Positions 54,689 through 64,000 of a stretch of DNA of 64,000 nucleotides are shown piece after piece. The stretch covers positions 42,098,001 to 42,162,000 of the forward strand of contig NC_043003.1 in the NCBI RefSeq assembly GCF_006345805.1, in the 5' to 3' direction. The translations under genes were made by a program, and so were the position numbers. Origin of the DNA: Octopus sinensis (Eukaryota). Position 1 is the first letter of the stretch; every line of letters starts with the position of its first letter. The notes under the pieces are model-generated. The model did not search any database. It had not been told where the DNA came from and saw nothing but the letters and a program-made list of their open reading frames with translations.

Positions 54689-54979
54689 TTCTGGTTGGAA
54701 AAGTACCCTGAGGTTCTCCCGGAACGCATAAACCAGATCTTTATTATTGAATCCTTAAAATTTATACATCAGAACAATTATTTCCTATTTGATGACACAT
54801 ACTATCGTCAGAATGCGGAATTGCGATGGGAACGAAAGCAGCTCCTGTTCTTGCGAACCTAATAATGGGTTATTTCGAATTCACCTTATGTGAAGTATTA
54901 CTTCAGAAATATGGTTACCCATTTTACCTCTACATAAGAGAAAATTGGAAGAGATATCTAGATGACTGCTTTTTTTATC
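54684..54979 (+). mobile_element. Inverted upstream RT segment of the same Penelope-like element
   Basis: KFWLEKYPEV...ESLKFIHQNNYFLFDDTYYRQ..GIAMGTKAAPVLANLIMGYFE...WKRYLDDCF. Confidence 0.9.
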
Positions 54980-55377
54980 CATCCTTTAAGAAAAGAGCAT
55001 ATTATACCGTTCATTATTATTTTTTAGGAAGTTTCCTAAACTGCAGGAAGGTCTTAAAATTTATTAGCTGTATTTTGGCCAGGGATTTTGTTGTTTTTTA
55101 CATACACACATATACAGACCCTCTCACATATATATGTAGAGAGAGATAGAGATAGAGACAAAGATAGAGAGACAGATGGATAGAGGGATCGACAGACAGA
55201 TGTCTAGAAAGATAGAGAGATAGATAAATATATATACGTATATGTATAAATATATATATATATTCATATGTACATTGTATACATACATGCATACACATAG
55301 ACACACACACACACATATATATATATACGTATATATATACATATATATATATGTGTATGTATATATATATATGTATG

Positions 55378-55422
<45 letters not shown>

Positions 55423-56193
55423 TATATATATGAATACATACATACACGCACACACACACAAACACATATACACATTATATATGAAATTTTCATTTACGCT
55501 ACCAACGTTGTCGGAGACATTATCATATCTAATATCCAGCAGATTTATACGTCTAGAAACTTATATCTCACACCATAATTGCTTGTCGATGTGATTGACA
55601 ATATAATATTCTGCTATGAATTACACACTCATTGAAGCATGCTCCTTCTTAAAGGGGAGTGATGCGTTGTATGTAGTATTTTATCTCTCATCTCTGTGTT
55701 TACTGAGTAGGTTTAATGTATTGTGAAAATTTTATAGTAAGAAAAATATTTAATAAGCCTCATCAAAAACAACCTAGCAATATAAGAAAGATATATAGGA
55801 ATAAAAAATTTCACGATTTAAAATAGAATTTCTGTCAACTTATCTTTTACTATTCTTTGCTTTCTATAAATAGACGTGAGTGATTGATGCATGATTCCGT
55901 TAGGTATTAACTGTGTTCGCAAAATTATAAACATTCATACAAACAATGGAAAATATATGTGTACGAAAGTATACCAGTTCATTCCTCATTCCCTCTCTGC
56001 TTTTCATTACATACACACTCATACACACTCTGTCCCTGTCCCTCTCTCCCTCTCTCCCTCTTACTCGTTTTTCTCCCCTACACACACTCGCACACGTATA
56101 ATAGACACACACGCGGATGCATGCATGTATGTATGTATGTATGTATGTATGTATGTATGTATGTATGTATGTATGTATGTATGTATGTATTTA

Positions 56194-57477
56194 TCAGGTC
56201 ATCCCATAAATCTGTCCGATTTTACCTATTTTTAAAAATAAATGAAGCTGAATAGTATTTAAGAATGTCTAATGGAATTTTAAAATATTTTTATGCATCT
56301 GTGTATATTTAAACTAATTAAATATTATTTTACAGAATAATAGAATTAACATTTCTTTCATGAAAAATTTTTTCTAACATGGAAGTATCCAAAGAGAATT
56401 TAAGGCACATAATGCTTTAATGAGTACAAATAAGGAAACTTTGCAGCCGAAGCGACTGGAAACATAAACTCAGTTTACGAAAAAGAATGCTTGAATGAAA
56501 GAACTTGCAGAAGATGGTTTGCAAAATTCAGAAGTGGAGATTTCAGCCTTGAAGATGAAGATCGAAGGGGATGTCCAGTTGACTTTGATGATAAGCTCCT
56601 TGAGGCATTACTTGAAGAAAATCCTGCATTATCAGTTGAAGAATTGGTAATAAAGCTTATTTCACGCCATACAACTATTCATCGTTATCTTCAAAAACTT
56701 GGAAACGTTCCTAAACATGGAGTATGGGTGCCTCATGAATCGTCCGAAAGCAACCGCAAATCCCGTGTTGACATCTGCTCTTCTCTCCATTCTCGCGAAC
56801 TCATTTCACCCTTTTTTGATAGACTTGTGACTGGTGACAATAAATGGATCGTCTATCGAAATGCTAAACGTAATAAACAATGGCTTGGTAAAAGGGAAAA
56901 AGCTCAACCACAACCAAGAAGAGAACTTCATGGAAAAAAAAGGTTCTTTTCTCCATCTGGTGGGATTGCAAAGGAGTAATTCATTTTGAATTGTTGCCAC
57001 CTAATGCAACAATCGATGCTCAAGTCTACTGTCAGCAATTAGAGCGTTTGAATCAAGCTTTGAAGAAAAAAAGACCCGCTTTAGTGAATCGAAAAGGAGT
57101 GATGTATCATCAGGACAATGCGCGACCCCACACTGCAAAGATCACATCACAGATGGAAGAGCTTGACTGGGAAAAAATTCCTCATCTACTTTATTTTCCC
57201 GACCTTGCTCATCAGACTGCCATTTGTTTTGTAGTTTACACAATCATTTGGGAGACATAACTTTCGCAAGCCAGGTGGAGGTCGAAACTGACATTTCAGA
57301 GTTCTTCCCTTTGAAACCAAAAGAGTTTTACATTGATGGGATTAAAAAGCTTGTAAACAGATTGAAGTCATAGAAAATCAAGGAAAGTACATTGATGATT
57401 AAATTTCAATTAAATATAACATTTAATCACTTGTTTTCTTTATTCAAAATTCGGACACAACGTATAGGATGACCTGA
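56194..57477 (+). mobile_element. Full-length degenerate mariner (DD34D), 1284 bp
   Basis: TA TSDs; TIR tcaggtcatcccataaatctgtccga vs tcggacacaacgtataggatgacctga; WVPHE, VTGDNKW, HQDNARPH, YFPDLA; frameshifted. Confidence 0.95.
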
Positions 57478-57663
57478 TATATATGTATGTATGTATGCAT
57501 ATATGTTGCTCTCTGTAGTCATGTATGCATACATATATATGCGTGTACCTGTGTATCAATCCAAATAACTGAAAAAACTTGCGATCTAATTTCCCAATAA
57601 TTTAGTAATTTTTCTAAGTAACTATCAATGAACAATGTATGGATGTGTGTATATATGTGTTTG

Positions 57664-57708
<45 letters not shown>

Positions 57709-57960
57709 ATGTGTGTGTGTGTGTATACATTTAATAATATATATGGATCCATTCCATCTCAATCACAGATTTTTAAAAATTAATTTTATTTTAACTAAAT
57801 AGTGAAACTTCGAATACTGGTAGAATTTCTCACGTAGAACACGGTTTAGTCGGAACGTTTTTGACACAATTTCGTATTTTAGAAATTATTCTGTGTTAAA
57901 GTTGTCGTGTTTGGGTAATTTCAACCAATCAACGACATGTATTCGGTTGAAGAAATCTAA

Positions 57961-58195
57961 CTCATGTCCATTGTCCAGAAATCTTTCGTCGCACATATTT
58001 GATCTCCTCAGCGAAACTTTCCGCCTTCGTGTATGCTGTTGCTCAGCTTATTATATTCTCTTTCCCTATGATGAACAGAATGTTCTTCATAGAAGAAAAT
58101 AATGGAATAATTAGAGCAACAACACATGAAGATGGAAAGTGTTGCTAAAGAAGTGACATATGTGTGACGAAAGATTTCCGGACAATGGACATGAG
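57961..58195. repeat. 38 bp inverted repeat pair
   Basis: 57961-57998 vs 58158-58195, two mismatches. Confidence 0.85.
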
Positions 58196-59029
58196 GTAGA
58201 ATACGAACACTAATAAACGAGTGAAAAACGAATATATAGCTCGTGTTTTTATTTAGCAAAAAAATGGCCATTCCAAACTGGAAAATATATATGTGCCTGT
58301 GTGTGAATATGTAGGAGTATTTTTATATACACTCCGGTTTCTCCTTTGCATTTTGAGATCAAATGATATGTTTGATTTTACTGTTCAGTTGATTTAATCT
58401 TTGCTTTTAAAAAGTAATTACATACTCAGGCCATTAGTCAGCTAATTAGAACGAAACTCACTGCCTTGGTACACATACAAGCAAAACACTAGCTTCAACA
58501 TGCTTGTGTAAGGTAGTCACATGCAATTTCCATTAAGATCAACCAGAGCCGTGCTCCCATCCCCTCTGTATTCTCACAAGCCCTGCAAAACGACCACTGC
58601 TAATTCCTTCCTCACCCGTATTCCAATCCTTTGGAATATCACTGCAAAAAAAAACAACAATATTCTAAGTATTAAATGAACACTTTTTTCTAAATTATGA
58701 ACGTGGTAAGTATGTTGTTGACGTTGTAATGGTGATTGTAGTCCCTAGTTCAATCCTGATCAAACAAGGCCTATGATCAAAGGCATGTCGACTGTCACAA
58801 TCCAGTCTATTTCTCTTCTAATAGAGTTGAAGCTGTATTCCAAATTTAGCTAGGCCATTATGGCCGGAAGAATGTAAAACTTTCCTTATATGATGACTGT
58901 AAAGGATTTATTTTAGGAGTTTGTTCATGATATTTCTAGCAGTTCCCTCAGCAATGTTCAAACTCTGACAATAAATTGTTTATTCTGGGCGAAAACCGTA
59001 TTACTTTTCCTGCAGTTGCAAAATATCCC

Positions 59030-59450
59030 TTTCAAACTTTGACACAATACTAGAAAATTCTGGGTAGGAGGCCAAGTCAATTTAATCATCCAAAGGTGCA
59101 CAACTAAAACTTATTTTATGGAACTCGAAAAGACGAAAGACAAAGTCAACCTTGGTGTCGGAACTTGAACTCAGGACCTAACGGTGGACGAAATACTGCT
59201 AAGCACTTTGCCCGACGTGCAAAAAATTCTGCCAGCTCTACGCATTTCGGTTGCCAAATTTTGGCACCAGACCAGCAATTTCGGTGGGGGGACATAAGTC
59301 GATAACATCGACTCCAGTACTTAACTAGGTAATTATTTTATTGACCCCAAGAACATGAAAAGCAAACCTAGATTTGAATTGAGAACGCGAAGATGACGAA
59401 ATACCGCTAAGCATTTTGGCCGGCGTGCAAACGATTCTGGCAGCTCGGAT
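59030..59450 (-). mobile_element. Two adjacent degenerate SINE family C copies
   Basis: Each shows gacgaaatac(t/c)gctaagca...ctgccagctc / ctggcagctc head in reverse and a tttcaaa(c)tttggcac-type tail. Confidence 0.7.
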
Positions 59451-59952
59451 CATTGCAGTTGCTTAATATTGATAAGTGAAAAATCAACACAATACAAGCA
59501 ATGATATCTCATATTTCTGATAACCTACTGGTTATGTATGAAATACTTGTAGATATAATCATTAACAAATTTATGAATAATGCACATCTTTTTCAAAAAT
59601 AACTATCTAAACTCCCATATCTCCTACTGCGTGCGCGCGCACACACACACACACTCACAAACAAACACACACACACATTTTAAATTCATACCATTTTACT
59701 ATTCATTGTATAAATAAAATGACAGTACTTAAAAATAGCTCCGATATAAAGCTATGAAACTAGCTGTATATCGTAAATTATTTTATACATTCTAAGTATG
59801 CACTCAATCATTGAGTTATTTTCATCATTTGTACCATATGTGATTGTGTGTGTATGTGTGTGTGTGTGTGTGTGTGTATATCGTATATAAAATATATATG
59901 TATTTGTATCTATACATATATCAAAATAAGCAACAAGGATATCCAGAGGTAA

Positions 59953-60038
59953 TACAGCACGATCGTTTCACGCAACTCCATTTAAATGAATAATGCAACC
60001 ATTTCGTCAATTTAAATGCAGAGCAATCCTCAGCTGCA
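59953..60038 (-). ncRNA. Degenerate type I hammerhead with long stem II
   Basis: tgcag-CUGAGGA-...atttaaat...atttaaat...-GAAA-c-gatc-g-UG-ctgta; palindromic loop III. The triplet is GUG, so probably inactive. Confidence 0.45.
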
Positions 60039-60099
60039 CATAATACCTAATAAAAGAAATAAAGGGCTTCATCCCATCCAGCCTCCAGAACCTATTATC

Positions 60100-60630
60100 A
60101 ATCAAGGACTGTCATGTTTTTGCATTTGGTGGAACTTCGAGGTGTGTTTTACGTCTCGTTTCTCCCGAATGGCCACGCTGTGTGCGCTAACTTTTATGCT
60201 CAAAAACTGCAGCGAGTATGTGATGCTTCAAAAAACTTGCTGCCCGGCGTTATTGAATCAAAGACGTGCCCTCCTACAGCATGACATCGCCCCAGCACAC
60301 ACTACCAATGTGACCAAGCATAAAATTGAAGGGCTGGAAGAGCTGCTTCACCCTACTTACTCTCTAGATCTTGCACCATCAGATTACCATCTTTTCGGAG
60401 CCATGGTTCATTTCCTGCACGGATGGAGGTTCAACAATCTGAATGAGACTGAAAATAGTTGGAAGGAGATTTTTCCCGCGAAAACAATCGTGGCGTTGAG
60501 CTTGCACAACGAACGCAACAGACAATACAATATAATAGGAAATATTTTAATGAATAAACTTTTTTCTTATATCATTTGTTTGAAATACTGTTTAAAGCTT
60601 GAAATACAAACTTATTTTGGTTCAACCTGG
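60100..60630 (+). mobile_element. mariner 3' fragment
   Basis: LLQHDIAPAH...HPTYSLDLAPSDYHLF; right TIR ttattttggttcaacctgg|TA. Confidence 0.85.
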
Positions 60631-61199
60631 TACACGCACGGACAGACACACACACACACATGCATATATATATATATATGTACATATATGTATATATATA
60701 TATGTATATATATATGTATATATATATATGTATATATATATATGTATATATATATATGTATATATATATATGTATATATATATGTATAAATAAATATATA
60801 TATATATATGCAAGTCTATATGTCTTAGTAAATTTATTCACCTAACACTTTTTTCGTTGGATTCGTATATGTTATATTAATAACAATACCATTTGTTAAG
60901 CTTTTTTTCAGAATTGTTATATTGACTTTAAATGCCTATTTTCCTAAAAACATGAATATGATATTGTGATGAGATGTTAACTATCTCAGCTGACCAATCC
61001 AGTAAAATAGCCTACTCTTCATAGATTTATATAACGCAGAAACTGCACCAGTAATACCTTCTTACGTATACTACTCTTGTTCCTTTTGGAGTTGTCTAGT
61101 CCAGTGTTCCCTTAATTCCTAAAAGTGCTTATCGACATTTTTTTTCAGACGCAATGTATCTCGGAATACATTTACTAATGATTCATTCCCGTTTTTAAG

Positions 61200-61348
61200 G
61201 TGATATCGATTTGAAAATAAGATTTCAAGGAGACAGGTCGATGGACGATATAGTTGCTGCTTACACACTCATAATACGAACGAATACGGATTTATTTATG
61301 ACAAGTTTTATCAAATGGATCTCGGCAGTAGGTGGGTCTGCTGCCAAA
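61200..61348 (+). CDS. Candidate internal exon of an unidentified host gene
   Basis: Branch-like tactaat, acceptor ttcccgtttttaag|G, open phase-1 frame GDIDLKIRFQGDRSMDDIVAAYTLIIRTNTDLFMTSFIKWISAVGGSAAK, donor AAA|gtaaat. No family recognised. Confidence 0.4.
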
Positions 61349-62205
61349 GTAAATGCCGAATTTAACTGGGTGGCCTAATAAGATCGAACTATCTCCAGAG
61401 TTGTCACAGTATCTGCCAAAGTTTAGAGGAATTTTACCCCACGATCGCAGCATGTGTATTTTCAATGTTAAGTAAAATTACATTTCGGTCAATCCATATA
61501 GACTGACTGTAGGCTTGATATTGTCCTTCTTGCCACTTATAAATTGAAGTATCCATTCAATATTTGCTTCTCTGCAATTTCTAATCCTAACCACATTAGG
61601 TATGGCAAAGCTTGCCTTACTAAATCGTATGTTAATTACCTCTCTTTCATCTAATGAGGTTTGTTGGCAACACGCTTAACTGAAGCACTTAGTACAATGC
61701 TTCTCAATATTTTTTCACTTTGGATAAACTAGAGATCGAATAAATGATTATTGGTACACTTCTTGTAGGAAAAAAATAGTAGAACATCTCACATAGAAAT
61801 TTTCTTTAAATTTACAAAAATTATAATAAACTATTGCTTATCTGGCTTAATTATTCATCTGTGAAAATATAAAAAAAACTATGACAAAGAATTAAGGAAA
61901 GCATTGAAACATAAGTGTGGATTTCCTATAGTCTTATATCACTGTGTAAGAAACGTTGCTCTAATATAAGTTATTTACCCAGAAATACATCAAAGGAACT
62001 ACTATTGCAGTTTGGATTTCATAACAGATTTTTGTAGATTGCTCGATGTTTTAGCTTGTTAACCAGAAGAAATAGTGTATTTGAACACGTTTTAGATAAC
62101 ACAAAAACATTCGAGCAACATAAATTTTAAACACATATTGAATTCTAGGTGTCGTCAAGTAGTTAAAAGTTACTGATGTATACATGCATAATATAGATAT
62201 TAGTA

Positions 62206-62304
62206 CAGTGGTTCCTATCCTGGGGTCTGCGGACCCCTTATGATCCGCAATGGTAGTACTGGGGGTCCGCGAACTAAATTCAAAATTTCAATTATATATG
62301 TTAA

Positions 62305-62342
<38 letters not shown>

Positions 62343-62426
62343 AGGATAAATATATTAAAAGGGGTCCGTGGGAAAACATTAAAATAAAATGATTGGGAAA
62401 CATTGTGAAAAGGTTGGGAACCACTG
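62206..62426. mobile_element. hAT-type MITE
   Basis: TIR cagtggttcc(t/c)a; flanks tattagta / tagtatta, a 6/8 match consistent with a decayed 8 bp TSD. Confidence 0.8.
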
Positions 62427-62650
62427 TAGTATTATATCATATTCTTTTATAAAGTTTAATGGGAGGTGTTAAAGTTTCAATGCCAAAAGGCAGTCATTCT
62501 AAAATGGACACCAGTCTTTTGCATATAACATTCTTTTTGCTATTTTTCCCGAAACATGCTACGTCTGTAGGAAATTCACTTCGCAACTGCGTATTTTCTA
62601 TTTCAATCCCTCAAAGTGTAAATTTTTCGTAGCTTCTAACATATTTTCAG

Positions 62651-62713
62651 GTCCTCCAAAGAAATGACTTAGATTCAGTACTCGAAAACTATGTAACAGA
62701 ATCAAAGGCATAG
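62651..62713 (+). CDS. Candidate terminal exon of the same host gene
   Basis: Branch ttctaac, acceptor attttcag|G, phase-0 VLQRNDLDSVLENYVTESKA*; AATAAA at 62878-62883. Confidence 0.4.
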   Translation, partial: VLQRNDLDSVLENYVTESKA

Positions 62714-64000
62714 TTTCTGTTTTGGATGTCTTAATCCACAACCCATCTTAACAAGAGATATTTCTATAGTTGATTTTAAAAGAGTCTACTTTGTTGTAGG
62801 CTTTCAGTTTTCTTTATTTCCGCCAGTCATGAAGGCTCTTTAAAAGATCCAAGGGTGCTGTTTTTCTCCTTCTGTATAATAAAAGTGTACAATTAAGCGT
62901 TTTGTGAAAACAAAAAAAAAATAATATATTACAGTCCATTTGGACTTATAACCAAGAGGTCAATACTTGACCATCATACTTTATAAACATATCAGAAAGA
63001 TAAATTGCTTAACAATTCTTATATATAGTTAAAAATATAAGAAAACTATGTATATGGTTTTGTTTACAAAAATTAAAAATATAAACGTATGATACTAATC
63101 CCTTTAGATGTATTTCTTACACATTTCAAGACACTATGAACCTCCTCCGGATATTTCATCCTGTATAAGCTGCTTAAAATTCTACTGAAAGTATACATAT
63201 TTTAAGAAATATTACCGCACAGAGGCGCGACATACGTCTATACATTTTAACTTTGCAATTCTCTAATAACTTATTGTCTTCACCAGCTAGCAGGGAAATG
63301 TTAATTAAATGTGATTCCCATCAGTTTCTACGCATCAAATTTCGTTAACATTAGTCTGACCTGTATAAAACGTTCCGAGACACTAACAAGGACAGCTGGT
63401 TGAATCTTTTAAAACATCTGGCTTCAGTTTTAAATGGTGGAGAGCAGACATCAATGATTTATGCCATCTACTTATAGTTTTGTGGAATTGTAGTATTCAT
63501 AATTACAAGTAGAATGTGTGAAGTATTTGTAGTAGTTTATATCGTTTCCCCAAATGACGTAAAACGATTAACTGAGAGACAGCAGCGGTGATGCTCTGAT
63601 CCTATGGAAGTGGAGGTCATTCCACAGAGGTGAGTTAAAAATATAGGATTGTCCAAAATTGATCTCACAATCGTACGATAGCTAAACAGTAAATATTAAC
63701 TACACAGTAATCTACATTTTTATACTCCAATGGAATCCAAGAAAATCTTAATCAAAAGATGAAAAGTATTTGCTGGTTGATTGAGAGGGCCAACTGGGGC
63801 CGTTCATTAGTCCAACAGTGAATTTAACACACACTGGATTGAAATATAGTAGCAATGTAACAATATGTCTAAACTACCTCGTGATTTTCCTTTCCTAGTA
63901 ATATACCCAAGTTCATCCGCTATTGAGGTATTGATCAAGATATTGTTCTCCTGGCCCAGGAAATATTTACGCAGTTCTTGTGCATCGCACACGTATAACT

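Noticed and set aside
58520-58650. RSTR...NSFLTR..LWN string like a LINE ORF2 end
   Set aside because: Too short and degenerate to assign.
61480-61680. About 63-codon open minus-strand frame without ATG
   Set aside because: Weak acceptor, no homology recognised, and it lies in the intron of the better plus-strand model.

Overview
AT-rich, repeat-saturated eukaryotic DNA. The tRNA-derived SINE families and the density of (TA)n/(CA)n/(TATG)n/(GATA)n tracts resemble an octopod cephalopod genome (inference from recognised repeats, not a database hit). Most ORFs in the supplied track are microsatellite read-through. The real coding signal is transposon-derived: CR1/L2-group, Tx1/L1-group, R4/Dong, RTE and Penelope-like retroelements, mariner/maT/rosa and Chapaev-like DNA transposons, MITEs and non-autonomous Helitrons. 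Two candidate host exons lie near the right end (61200-61348 and 62651-62713). There is no rRNA, true tRNA gene or CRISPR array. The four most notable observations are: (1) two unrelated loci (22746-22792 minus, 33952-34009 plus) carry hammerhead-ribozyme strands in exact pairing register but in an order (III-UH-I, GAAA-III', I'-CUGANGA) that is not a circular permutation of types I/II/III; (2) a Tx1-like LINE is embedded at both ends in a (GATA)n array; (3) a Penelope-like element has a twin-priming-like 5' inversion; (4) a 3' stem-loop shared by the dominant SINE and a CR1/L2-group LINE varies in sequence while keeping its pairing. All analysis was done by eye; coordinates of degenerate repeats are approximate.
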